DNA of 61,370 nt, filler included. It is 11 parts of 11 records of this genome, joined end to end, with 100 filler letters (N's around TTAATTAATTAA, not from the genome) between each part and the next. Parts side by side here need not be neighbours in the genome. Positions count along the whole stretch, not along the records: positions 49,595 to 53,611 come from SRR7504441_13204; positions 53,712 to 57,390 come from SRR7504441_13208; positions 57,491 to 61,370 come from SRR7504441_13214; 8 more parts are not named here. One strand, given 5' to 3'. A program made the position numbers and the translations under genes. The notes beneath the pieces are model-generated. The model ran no database searches, was not told the DNA's origin, and saw nothing but the letters and a program-made list of their open reading frames with translations. How positions within the stretch are numbered: position 1 is the stretch's first letter; each line of letters begins with the position of its first letter. Shown here in pieces: positions 49,894 to 61,370 of this stretch.

Positions 49894-50248
49894 TTCTTGC
49901 TTCGGCGAATAAATCTCAACGGGATTGTTGTTGTTGTCCGGTCCACCGTCGGGCAAGCGGAGCTGGAGACGGAGAGCTGGTCGAAGAGCATTGAAGATGA
50001 GCTTGTCGAGCACATGTCGTCGTCGAGCCACGCAATTGTGGCCGGCGTTCTCGCTCATCTTTGCGAGTCGGTGAGCGGCCGCAGCCCGTCCTCACTGGAC
50101 TCGATTGCTGGGACAAAGCGGCCAGCAGTGCGGCAGTGCGGCAGTGCGGCCCCGGTCGGCCACCCACCCGTCATCACGACCAGGTGGCGCAGCCTCGGCC
50201 GGCGCAGCCTCGGGGGAGGCAGACGGGTATGCCCGCGGGACTTGGGGG

Positions 50249-51168
50249 ATGGCGCCGGCCGCGACTCCCCTGAGCAGCCTCCTCATCCGGCTCCAAGTCC
50301 TCGAGAGTGGCCAAGATAGCGAGCCTGGCCGCATGGTGGACGAACTCCACGCCTCCTGGCACTCCCACTCCAAACTGGCCGACAGCCGCACGTGAGCGCC
50401 TCCGCCACCGCCTTACCACCGCCTCCTTCGACTGCGCCATGCAGCCTGATGCAGGCCTTCTCCACCACTTTTGCGGACGATGAAGCAGCTGTGAACGGAC
50501 ACACAAACGCCTCCCACATCAAAGCTCCAATGGAGAAAGTGCGCAGGGAGAGCTGGGTTAAGCTGATCCCTTGCAGGTGAAAGAGTTCTGCGCGGACGTC
50601 CTGCCGGACTTCGGGAAGATCAAGGGCCCACCGGGCTCGGCCGTCGAATTGCTCCAGAAGGCGATCGGCTCGCGAGGCCATGACTTCACCAAAAGCCCCA
50701 CGCTCAAGTGAGCGCCGGGGCCGAACTGGATGATCGAGCGGGGGGTGTGGCAGGTTCCTGTTTCTGCAGGGCTGCGTGTACATCACCCTCGGCACGCTCT
50801 TCATGCTCCTCCCCTGGTTGACTTCGCTCCTCCTTCTGATTTGGGTGGACGAGAACGAAGCCGGCGCTGTCCGCCTGTTTGGTCTCGCGGTGATTGTCGT
50901 TGGATACTTTTACTGCCAAGCCGCGCGGTCCTGCCCTCTGAACGCCATCGAGAACCTGGTGGCCGAGACCTCGTTCGACCGTTGTACCTTTGTGCTCTTC
51001 TTCACCCTGGTCTTCGGGCTGTTCGGGTACTGCCGATTGATGATGTGTCTGGCCTTTGCCCTCATGGACCCTGCAATGGCGGCACTCACCATGTACCGAT
51101 GGGAGCAGGAGAAGGACCCGGCGCCGGCTGCTGCTGCACCGTCAGACAGCGAGCCCAAGGCGGACTGA
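50249..51168 (+). CDS. Hypothetical protein with C-terminal four-helix membrane domain, spliced; start uncertain
   Basis: Hydrophobic ORF 50776-51168; upstream exons can be joined through short GT-AG introns. Confidence 0.45.
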
Positions 51169-51300
51169 GTTCCCACAAGCGAGGGGAATCAGCATCCTAT
51201 CAGCATCCTACCCTCCACGGAATTTGTTTCCAAAAATGAACCTTGGCATTTGTGGATACTGATCCACGGCCGAATATGCCATAGCCAGATTAAAGTTTAT

Positions 51301-53218
51301 TCACGGTGTGTGGGTGGCCGCTCTACTGTGCTCTATTATACGAGTATGCTCTACTTTCCCAGCTCGTGCGAATTGTCGCAATGCCTTGTCGGTCAATTCA
51401 TCATCTTTCTCTCGGTGAGCCGCCACCTACCGACCTAGGCTGAGCGGGCTGCCCCGACCAGAGCTAGCCTGCATTGCCACCATCCATTCCTCCTTCTCTG
51501 CTACATCGTTTGCAATGAAATACATGACATCCCTGCGTTATACAGTAACACACAGCGAGCGCAACTGCTCACTCATTGACAGTGTCAACTTTGAAAGCAT
51601 TCTCGCCATGCTCAATGCACGCAGACACCTGCCTATCATGACCGATGCAAGCTGGGCCAGATTGCCTGGCAGCCGTACATGTGCACGGCATTCTGAGGAA
51701 CGGTGCTGCTCATTAGCTTAAAATAAAACAGCGCTCCGCCTTGTAGCACGAATAGCCTCTCGGCCCAGCCCCACGGCATGTGGCTCTGCTGCTTGGTCAA
51801 CATCCCCCGCTTCTCCGGATAGAGCAAGCAAGGGAGCGCGTATCGGAACGCCTCGCCAGCCCCGGCTAGCTCCGGCTTGTACTCTGTGATGAACTCCATG
51901 GCAGAAAGATTGGCCTCAGAGCAGCAGATCTGGCTGCCCGCCGCCCGCCGCAGCGCGCTCGACCATTGCTGGAAGAGCTCTCGACTCGGCGCTGCTAGCT
52001 GGAGCACGAGCCGCTGAGGCCCGAGCACTTGGAACGTGCAGCCTACCCCGGTCTCGGGACCTGCTTGCACGATCGCGGCCTCCAATGGCACGATCCCGAG
52101 CACACGAGGGGTGGTTTGAGCCTCAAAGTACCTGCGTCTGATCACACCCGACAGCCCAGCAGCTGGCACCAGAGGAAGTTATCTTTTAGAACAAAATAGC
52201 GCGACTGCCACCCAAGCTGGTCCCCAGACTTCTTGTGCAGGCAGCCTCGCTGCTCCGGCTGCACCAGCTGCCCACCTGGTGAACCGCCGCCAGCTGGATG
52301 GCCACCTGGGCGTACCGCACTGTGAGCAAGCTGGTCAGGTGCCTCGGGATCCTGCCCACTAGCCCGCCAATCCCTTGCTGCCTGTCGCGCTCCTTGTCGG
52401 GCAGCTCGAACGCGCGAGACAGCCGGAGGATCATCTGTTGCATGTTCTCGTCGTCGAGGCAGTTATCGTGGTCCATTCCGGCGAGAAGGCACAAGTCCTT
52501 CCTCTCAGCCGCACTCGCCTCATACAGCACCTGTGAGTGCTCCATCGGGATCAGGCTATCCTCCGTTCCATGCATCAGCAGCGTCTGGCACTGCACGTTC
52601 CGGATCTCAGCCTTGCTCACGAACCGGTCCTGAACGAAGAACTTGACCCCGCCCGACACCCACCCGCCCGAGCGCTCCTGGGCGAACGAGTCGATCACGT
52701 CATGGATCGACGAGAACGCCGACAGCAGCACCAACCCACCGACCTGCTGCCGGGCGGCGTGGTGGATGCACACCGCTGTCCCGATGGACCGCCCGAAGAG
52801 CACGATGTTCTCCGGCTCGAACCCAAGCTGCTCCTCCAGAAACGCACAGACCACACGCAGGCTGGCCGTGGTGGAGGCCTCAGTCGGCTTGCCCGGACAG
52901 ATCCCGTACCCCGGGTACTCGAACGTCAGCACGTGCACTGGCCCGGCTCAGCACGTGCACCGGTGAGGCAGCCACCGTTGAGCGAGCTCCGGAGTAGCAT
53001 AAACATCTGGTGCGAGTTCCACATATCCTCGCAGTTGCCGTGCGCGTACACGAATATTCGGGTGGCCCGCTCGCACGGAAACAGCACGCATGGCACCTCC
53101 TGCGGCACCGATCGGGGCTGGGGCCGGCGCGCCACACCACCGGCTGGTCCTGGCTGGCGGCCCAGAAGAGGTTAGCATCGAACTGTGCGAATGGAAGCGA
53201 GCCAGCCACCACGTCCAT
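51301..53218 (-). CDS. ABHD17-like alpha/beta hydrolase with C-terminal PH domain(s), spliced
   Basis: YAHGNCED, EYPGYG, GRSIG, HGTED, MDHDN; KRGMLTK..W.ERLFVL..LFYFK...EKEEWM. Confidence 0.8.
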
Positions 53219-53910
53219 GTCACCCACCCGTCTGGGCCCATCCAGGGTGTAGCTAGATTCGGCGTGCTTGGCCGGGAAAAGCAGCTGTCCCTGCGCTCAG
53301 CTCTGCAGGCGGCACGGGCGGCACCCGATTCACTGGGTTCATGGAGGCTCACAGGTGGTTTCCAGTCGGGGCCGAGCCACCGGCTTCCAGTCACCGGCTG
53401 GCCGTGGAGGCGATCGGTTCCGCAGAGTCAGGCAGCACCTAGCAGGCAGCGAGCCAAAATTGCAGCCGTGCACCAGCAGGCACACCCGTCAAACAGGTGG
53501 GTGCCGGTGCCCTCTGTCCACTGAGTGATTTTCATTTAGTTCGAGATTCAGGCCGGCGGGCAGGATTCTGACACATAGCTAGATGGTGTCTGGTCGAAAG
53601 CTCGCGGACATNNNNNNNNNNNNNNNNNNNNNNNNNNNNNNNNNNNNNNNNNNNNTTAATTAATTAANNNNNNNNNNNNNNNNNNNNNNNNNNNNNNNNN
53701 NNNNNNNNNNNACGCCAACCCAACCTCTGTCCTTTTCTTCACCTCCGCGACTGCTCTGCAGCCCAAACCCGCTGTGGGGCACCTAGCTCTCGCCGTAATG
53801 TATCGATGTATCAGCCCCGCTGCATGCTATCGATATCTGCATCATGCATCAGCAGCAAAGTTGACCGGCGAGTCTCGAACGCGAGGGCATCCCCGCGCTG
53901 TGCAAAGCAA

Positions 53911-54972
53911 ATGGACCCGTCAAGCCTGGTGCTGGTGGCCGGGGCCGTGCTGGTGGTGGGCGTTCTGCTGTTCAAGCTGCTGTCGAGCCTGCTGGCGGTC
54001 CCGGTGGCGCTCAACCCAAAGGGCTACGTCACGCTCACGCTGGCCGAGCGCGAGCAGCTCACCCACGACGTTTTCCGGTTTCGGTTCGCACTGCAGTCCC
54101 CCAAGCACCGGCTGGGACTGCCCTGTGGCAAACACATCACCCTGAGTGGAACGGACATCGACGGGAAGACGGTGACGCGTACGTACACCCCAGTGACCTC
54201 GGACGACGACCTGGGTGTGGTGGACTTCGTGATCAAGGTGTACTTTGGAGGGGTGCACCCCAAGTTCCCGCAGGGTGGCAAAATGTCGCAGCTGCTCCAC
54301 CGGCTAAAGATCGGCGACACTATCAAGGCGCTCGGACCCAAGGGCCAGATGGAGTACAGAGGCGGCGGGGAGTTCCACCTGAAGCAACCGGGCCGGGCCC
54401 CAGTCGAGGTGCGGAAGGCCAAGCACGTCGGAATGATCGCCGGTGGTACCGGGATCACCCCGATGCTCCAGCTGATCCGGGCCGTGATGAAAGACCCCTC
54501 GGATCGGACTCAGCTCTCGCTGCTGTTTGCCAACCAGACCGAGAAGGACATTATGCTGCGCGATGAGCTGGACAGATTGGCCGCACAGTCGGACCAGTTT
54601 AGGGTTTGGTACACGGTGGATAAGGCCCCGGCCGGCTGGCAGTTCAGCGAAGGGTTTATCAACTCGGAGATGGTCTCGGAGCACCTGCCTGACCAATCAG
54701 CAGGCAACATGATCCTGGTGTGCGGCCCTCCACCCATGATCAAGTTCGCCTGCTTGCCCTCGTTCGAGAAGCTTGGACTGTCTGAGGAGATGGTCTATAT
54801 CGAAGGTAAGCCTGCTGCTGCTGCAGTGCTCAAGGGGGTTCAGGCAACCGAAGCACGATGGCGATCTTCCAAGAGCATCGGGACGCTGCTAAAAATTAGC
54901 TGTCACCTTCGTCATGTGTCACGCCTTTACTGCGAGTTGATTACTCCTGTTGTTATTACTGCGAGGATCTAA
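53911..54972 (+). CDS. CYB5R: NADH-cytochrome b5 reductase with N-terminal membrane anchor
   Basis: LGLPCGKH, RTYTP, VIKVY..HPKFPQGGKMSQ, AGGTGITPMLQ, CGPPPM; the last exon may be spliced at 54806. Confidence 0.95.
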   Translation: MDPSSLVLVAGAVLVVGVLLFKLLSSLLAVPVALNPKGYVTLTLAEREQLTHDVFRFRFALQSPKHRLGLPCGKHITLSGTDIDGKTVTRTYTPVTSDDDLGVVDFVIKVYFGGVHPKFPQGGKMSQLLHRLKIGDTIKALGPKGQMEYRGGGEFHLKQPGRAPVEVRKAKHVGMIAGGTGITPMLQLIRAVMKDPSDRTQLSLLFANQTEKDIMLRDELDRLAAQSDQFRVWYTVDKAPAGWQFSEGFINSEMVSEHLPDQSAGNMILVCGPPPMIKFACLPSFEKLGLSEEMVYIEGKPAAAAVLKGVQATEARWRSSKSIGTLLKISCHLRHVSRLYCELITPVVITARI

Positions 54973-55209
54973 CATTGCTACCCAAGGCAATGTTCATTGT
55001 TGTCAGGGCATGAAATCCTCCAGATCTCATGACCAATTTTAATGAGTTTGCATAGATTTATTAACAGGTCTTCACTAAAATTGGCACGCGGTGTATGGGT
55101 ACGGTCCCCAATCACTGCGCTTGATACGGAAAATTTCAAAGAATAATTACTTACGTGACGTACTAATGACGGGGCACCGGTTCCTTGCCGGCCATCGCCA
55201 CCGATGTCA

Positions 55210-56311
55210 TCAGCCGGGTGCAGTCTGCACAAACACGTGGCTGGAGGCGTCCACAGGCACACACATGTCTTTTGGCCCCGCATCACCCCCAACCTCTTGC
55301 AGGCAGAGAGGACACTTCTTGGAGTCCTGCAGCCAACGAGACAAGCACTCTAAGTGGAACGTGTGCCCGCATGCAGTGGTGGCGAGCTCATCTCCCTTAT
55401 TGTAGTCAGCCAAACACACCGCACATCGGCGGTCGTGCACCCCAGCGCCCTCGTCACTGAGCAGCTTCATGTCTATGCTCTGCAATCGGGTGACGGAACA
55501 GGCTTCGACCACTGCCTCCTCTTGCATCCCACATGACACGTGACCAATGGCGTTGCCGAGTCGTAAAAGCTCCTGCCCCCGACAGCAGTGAGCGTGGCAG
55601 TCTATCTGTTACCCGCCTCGTAGCTCATCTGGTCAGGATCAATCGGATCCTGCATCACCACCAGGGCTGGTTCGGCCTGAACCAGATGACCTGCCTCCTC
55701 GTCAGCCAGCTCAGCTGAATAAACGGGGCACCATTCATGGCTAAGATCGTCGCACTGTCCAGGTCACCGCCGCACATGGCCACAGCTAGCGTCGCGAGCT
55801 CGATCGAGCATCCTGCGGCCTGCGACACATCGACCACCGCCTGCCTATGCGTATCGTCGACCACAGGTATCTCTATCTGCGGCGGCGCGGGACGGGGAAG
55901 CCGTTGCATTGTCGCCAGCTGCCGCCGCGACCTCGGAGGCGGCCTGCTCGGCGGGGTCGAGAACAGCGGGTCAAGCGGCGAGGGACGCGGGAGAGCCGGC
56001 CAGGCTGCTCCTAGACGCGGGGGAGTAACATCGTTCGGGGCGCGAGCAATCGCAGCTGCATCACCGTCGGCCGAACGCCGAGAGAGGGGCTGGTCCAGGT
56101 CGAGCACCCGGTCGAGTGGGGCAGGCCGGTCGACCGGAGCAGCGCCCTCGTTCTGCGGGGCGCTGTTGCTCCCGACGAATGCAGCTAGACGATCCAAATC
56201 CCGGAACAGAGCTTCTTCGGCGCCATGCTCACTGGCTGCCCTGCCGGCCTGGCGCTGGGATGCGCTCTCGGCCGAGGCCCACCTGGTTCGGTGCAGCCTC
56301 CGGCCTCGCAT
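55210..56311 (-). CDS. RING-H2 protein with UBA-like segment
   Basis: CAVCLADY...CGHTFHLECL..W....CPLC; upstream ATLAVAMCGGDLDSA. Confidence 0.7.
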
Positions 56312-56419
56312 CCCCTCGATGATGAGGGTGCAGGACAGCCACGAACTCAAGATTTTTGACCGGCCCTGCCTAGATCTGCAGCTGCCGGATTGACTCGATT
56401 GACCAGAACAGAGGGGTGA

Positions 56420-57145
56420 ATGCGGCGCGGGGTGGGCTGTGACTGGCAGCGCACCCCTCGGCACGCCGGGCCGCAAGAGGCGCCCGCAGGCTTGCTGCGC
56501 TACGCGCTCCAGCTGGCGGAGGCCGGGGCCGCACTGCGCTTCAAGGTGGGCGGGGCTCGGCTGGCGGTACGGCGCGGATGCATCGGCAAGGCGGCCACCA
56601 GCGGTCAGTTCAGCAAGGGCGGGATCGTCACCTCGAGCAACCCGGGGATGGTGGGCAATCAGTCGCACTGGTGGGGCTTTGCCGGCCGCCGGAACGTCGA
56701 CGGGCTTCTCCGCGAGCTCGCGGGCCCCGGGCTGGCAGCCGAGTGCGCCGGGCTGGCTCCAGCTGGTAGCCACAAATTGGTGCCCGGACAGGCGCGCAGT
56801 ACTGGTGCCCATCGGCTGCAGGCCGCGAGAATCATCCACGTGCTCGGGCCGCCGAGCCACCAGACCGCCTGCAGCGACCGACTGCTGCGTGAGGCGTATG
56901 AGAACGTTCTGCGCGTAGCAAGAGAGCAGGAGCTACCGTGCCTGGCGCTACCGGCCCTAGGGTGTGGGGTGCTCGGTGTCTCAGCAGAAACGAGCGCTGA
57001 AGCCGCATTAGATGCGCTGGAGGCGGGGTGCTCTGAGTACGGGTTTCCGGGCCTGGTAGAGTTCGTACTGCTGGATCATTCGGTGTACAGTACATTTGCA
57101 GTTTCGGCGCAACGGCGGTGGGGCGGACGGCAGGCGAACGGATAA
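56420..57145 (+). CDS. Macrodomain (ADP-ribose-binding) protein
   Basis: NVDGLL..AGPGL, GQARSTGAHRL..IIHVLGP, LPALGCGVLG, VEFVL. Confidence 0.8.
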   Translation: MRRGVGCDWQRTPRHAGPQEAPAGLLRYALQLAEAGAALRFKVGGARLAVRRGCIGKAATSGQFSKGGIVTSSNPGMVGNQSHWWGFAGRRNVDGLLRELAGPGLAAECAGLAPAGSHKLVPGQARSTGAHRLQAARIIHVLGPPSHQTACSDRLLREAYENVLRVAREQELPCLALPALGCGVLGVSAETSAEAALDALEAGCSEYGFPGLVEFVLLDHSVYSTFAVSAQRRWGGRQANG

Positions 57146-57490
57146 GCTTGCCAACCAGCGTACGGTGCGTATGATTGAACTACGAAGTCTGTGCCGTGAA
57201 AATGTCCAACAATGCTCAATTTATGACATATTCATGACATTGTGAAGCGCTCAATTCGATTTCAAGTATTGTAATGTTTTAGTAGTGTTTAATAAAAAAA
57301 AAAGTACAAGCATATTTATTATACGACATTATATTAATAGATAAAATAAAAAAACTACTAGCTACTCCTAAGCTACTCCTATGCGGAGAANNNNNNNNNN
57401 NNNNNNNNNNNNNNNNNNNNNNNNNNNNNNNNNNTTAATTAATTAANNNNNNNNNNNNNNNNNNNNNNNNNNNNNNNNNNNNNNNNNNNN

Positions 57491-59417
57491 CCCCCCCCCC
57501 CCCCCCCCCCCCGGTCGGCCACCTTGAGGAACTTGAGCGGTTCGAAACCGTTGCCTGCATACCCGCCCACGTCGCTGTGCGATATCGAGAAGCCTGACAG
57601 CCCGCCGGAGAGCAGTCCGGTGAGTGCAGAGGCCAGCCCGTCCTTGTCGTCCCAGAGCACAGTCTGGTCGCCCACCCACATCAGCTGGGCGGCCCCGGGG
57701 GTCTTGAGGTGCCCGGTCCGGACCATCACCACAGGATCGGAGTTCGGGATCCCGCTCTTGTTACTCCAAAGCTCGGCCACTGGCTTGTGCAGCGCAGCCC
57801 ACGCGGCCGTGTACTCGTTGTGATACGAGAGCGCCGACCTGTTGGCGTAGATCTGGACGTCCTGGCCCGGGGTGGGGCTGTCGCGGTACGGGAGCCACTC
57901 TCCAAAGTCGGCCATGTACCCGGAGGCCTTGGCCACCGTGTAGACCTCGGTCCCGATCACTTGCTGGAACCAGGCCACTGCGTACGGGTTGGACAAGTCG
58001 AGCATCGCCCCCTCCCGCGCGATCAGCCACGACAGGTAAGGACCGTAGTACCAGCCCTTTGAGGTGTTGCCGTTATACTTGACCAGAAAGCCTGCACCAG
58101 CCGATCAGAGCCCGCATGCCCTGCGGAGCACCGTAGTAGGCCGCTTCGTCATAAAGGTTCCTGGTCGCGTTCCCGCCTTCGGCCACGGTGGGGGTCCAGA
58201 TCAGGAACGGATTGGTGTAGACCATCAGCCGGGCGCCGGCTGCCCCGGCCCGGCCGAGCATCTGGTCCCATCGGGGGTAATGCGTTCGGTCGAGCACCCA
58301 GTTGTACTGCACTTGCAGCGAGCCGGTTGTCGGCTCAAAATAGGCCCCGCACCAGTCCTCCACCCAGAGCCCGGCCAGAGAGACGTTGGCGGCTAGCAGC
58401 TGGTCGATCATCGGGTCCACCGCGTCGGAGCCTCCTTGCACGTGCACCACTGCGCCCTCGCCCATCCAGCCTGGCAGGGGGTCCATCCGCCCAGAGAACT
58501 CCGTGTATGCCGTTACCAGCTCGGCCGGGGACGAGCCGGCCAGCACATGCCCGATCAGCTTTGTTGTGTTCCCGCTGATCTGGACGTGATCGGCCGGTGT
58601 GAGGTCCACAACGAACGGCTCGCTGTTATCGAAAAACATCGACCGGCTGTAGCTGGTGATATACTGCGGCAGCGCAATGTAGGTGGTCCACCAGTCACCC
58701 GCGGTGCCCGGCACACTCAGATCGAGCGCGGCCGACATTGGCTGCGCGCCCCGGAAGATGCCCTGCTCCATGTTAATCAGCCGGAGCACCTTGCCACGCT
58801 GGTTGAACACCCTGCCCGGCCGATCAGCCGGCAGCCCCGGCCAGCACGCACGTGAACTGCTCCCCGAACCCCCAGAACGCCTCGTCCTGCTCGGCGGCCA
58901 CCAGCAGCGAAGTCTGGACGAAGCTATCGGCCGCCGGCCGAGCCGCTTCGTCCGAGAGCGTCAGCACGAACTGCAGGTCCCGGTCCGAGCTGCCAGCGGT
59001 GAAGGCGATGGTATAGCTGAGCCCCGGAGCGTCCATGAACTGCCCAGAGAGCTGGACTGCCCCGGCAGTGGGCGTGAACTGGTCGACGGTCTGATTGCGG
59101 GCCACGGTGGGAGCAGCGCAGCCGGCGTGCGGGCAGCTGAGGAATTGAGGGACTCCGTCGTACTCGTCCAGCCCCATGTTGCTCTGCTGCTTGCCCCAGT
59201 TGCCCCAGTTGCTCATGGTCCAGGCGGTGGTGGACGCCAGCACGAAGGGGAGCCCCGGGGTGGCGAGCACCGGCTGCTCGCCCGCCGGGTGCCGGACCGT
59301 CAGCGCGGCCCGGGCGGCGTCCCACTCGATCACGAACCGGCCGACTGTGCCGTTGGCGCTAGGGGCCGTCGCGAGAGCGCCCGCGGCCGCCAGCAAGACA
59401 CAGAGCACCCGCAGCAT
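57491..59417 (-). CDS. Secreted GH31 glycosidase of the YihQ/sulfoquinovosidase-like clade, 3' truncated
   Basis: GFGEQF, EQG..RG.QP, QGG, WVEDW, NPFL, DLSNP, nucleophile YMADFGE, acid/base WVGDQ, HSDVGGY. Confidence 0.88.
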
Positions 59418-59640
59418 GGTTGCAAGCGGCTAGTCGGTGAGCCTGAAGTCTAGTCCTATAAATAGACGAACAGTATACCGTACTGGTAAATACGAGGAGT
59501 ACGTACAACCGGTACATGTAACCGGCGTCGCGGCGTCTCCGAAGTATATCAACTCGTAGTACAAGCTGTTTTAGAGATTTGGCCGCCTTTCGGACAAGAG
59601 AGCTCTCAGCCTTTACTTGCGCTCGATAGAAGCGGCGTAT

Positions 59641-61097
59641 CTATTGCAATCGACCGTCACCACCGCCTTGGTCCATTGTCGCTCGAAGACACCGTCCGTT
59701 GTTTCTTTGCAGAGCTCGATTGGCTCGCCATAATCCTATAAGCCGCCAGATTAGCCGCCGGCTGGGCAGAGATTCACCAGATCCAACTCGGGCGGCCGGT
59801 GGTAAATATCGCAAGGCATCTTGCCTCCGTGCTCCCAGCCGCAGCCGCAGCCCATCCAGCCGTACCCGAGCCAGGAGTACGGGCCCCGGCTGGCCAAGAA
59901 GAAGGCGAGATCGAGCCCGAAATGAGTCAGATTGACGGCGCTGAAGTCGGAATTGTATTGGAAGCCGATGTCGTGCTGCACTGCATTTTGCTGCCACCCA
60001 TCGTCACCTCCCACAGCCAACCAAGCCGCACCTGCACTGTGCTGTTTGGCTGGCACGCGCTGCGCAGGAACTGGGGGCACTCGGGCTTGCTCGGGCTGGA
60101 TTGATGCTCGAACAGCTGCCAGTTGAACCCACCTCCAGTCACAATCGCCTGCCCGGCCGCTCAGCCAGCTCCAACCGGTCAGCTGGCCTGCTGGCACGCT
60201 TGCATGTTGCTCTGCCAGGCCTTTTGCATTTCGGCCGGATCGGGCAGGTCAGCGCACCGGCCGGCCCCGGAGCCGCGCGGGGAGCAGGGGAAGGCCTCCT
60301 CGGATGGCTTGCTCCCCCAGCTGCACCCGGTCAGCACCCAGCCTGCGCCGGTTCTCACTTGTCGTCCAGGTAGAACCCGTCAACCGCCTTGTTGCCGAGC
60401 CCGTACTCGGCCCCTCCGATGTAAACCGCCGTGAACCAGTCAGTGAGCATGCTTCCGTTCCGGTGATCCCATAAATACTCTCCACAGGACACTCCGTGTC
60501 CGCAGTCGCACCCCGCACCCCATGGCGGGCCCGTGTGGTGGGCGCACACGCCGTCAGGCCCGCCGTCGCCCCCGCCCGGCCAGCCGGGAGTCTGCTCCTC
60601 GTCATGGTACAGGTTGGCGCTCGCATCCACCTCGCCCGTCCTGTTGTTCACGCACCGGTACTCGCCGCCGGACAGGCATCCCGCATACGGCAGGAAGAAT
60701 CCCCAGTACCGGCGGTCCTCGAGCAGCCGGCGCACCTCCGTGTACCCTGCCCCGTGTCACGACCTGCCTCTAGAAGGCGGCGCTCACAAGGCAAAGCTTT
60801 GACGATGTTCCTGTATACGAACACGCGGGCCGCCGGGTTCTGTTGCTTGGCGCGGGCCGCTTGGGTGACCAGCGATCCGTCGCAGTCCATCGGCCGCTGA
60901 TTGGCCCAGTCTTGCTTGGCGCTGCTCCAATCGAAATCAATCAGCCCGAACCGGCCGAGCGCTGGGTACTGCTCATAGTCGTACGGCCCAGTGTAATTGC
61001 ACGGCATCACCACGGTCGACAGGCTCATGTTGTAAGTGACCGGCCAGCGCGGGACCGCCGCCCAGGCCCCAGCCGCCAGGAGCACCACCAACCGCAT
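59641..61097 (-). CDS. Secreted putative glycoside hydrolase-like protein, multi-exon
   Basis: Signal peptide; DFDWS.AK..W, VFVYRN.VKALPW, YLWDHRNGS, DGFYLDD, LAFFLASRGPYSWLGYGW. Confidence 0.5.
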
Positions 61098-61370
61098 CGG
61101 CTGTCCCTGCCGGCCTCGACTCGTCCACCCTACCTCAGCGCAGGTGGCCATTCCACAAAAATCGGGGCCACCTGCAGCTGCAGGTGGATGCCGGGTGAGT
61201 CGGGCATCGGCCTGCGGGACACCAGCATCCGGTTGGGCCTGCGGGAGCATCGGCAGCCCCGGCCAGCGAGCGCCCCAGCCCCACTGGCGGCTGGAATGGC
61301 GGTGGAGGTCGACGCCGGCCGCTGCTGCCGCTGGCAGACGGGGACGGTGCTGCAGGCCAGACCCGACCGC

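Noticed and set aside
11823..57490. Repeated TTAATTAATTAA blocks as a biological repeat, CRISPR array or piggyBac target sites
   Set aside because: Always centred in identical N runs; these are synthetic contig linkers. No repeat-spacer array was seen anywhere.
57491..57512. Poly-C tract inside the GH31 frame
   Set aside because: It lies at a contig edge and is most likely a poly-G sequencing artefact.

Overview
This is eukaryotic, not prokaryotic, DNA. It comprises eleven contigs from a gene-dense, GC-rich protist-like genome, joined by ten artificial 100-nt spacers (44 N + TTAATTAATTAA + 44 N), so adjacency across a spacer means nothing. Genes carry many short spliceosomal introns (about 35-60 nt, mostly GT-AG, several GC-AG), so the ORF track fragments or misses them. 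Recognisable genes include an LtrA-family membrane protein, an ABC half-transporter, RPL14, two deacetylases, an MFS transporter, a HECTD4-like giant protein, PPX1/PRUNE, NSE1, an RNF213-like AAA+/E3, a BEACH-WD40 protein, an ABHD17-like hydrolase with PH domains, cytochrome b5 reductase, RING and macrodomain proteins, and a YihQ-like GH31. Mobile DNA comprises an intron-containing piggyBac and a stand-alone Crypton-like tyrosine recombinase. The best leads are: the recombinase with a loxP/dif-like palindrome next to its stop codon; an RNF213 that has the RZ finger but lacks the RING; a Myb/zf-4CXXC_R1/Myb/AP2/AP2 fusion; a seven-exon secreted knottin-like peptide absent from the ORF track; and an unrecognised ~300-aa tandem-repeat protein. 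Family calls are by-eye motif recognition; no database searches were run, so novelty is unverified.
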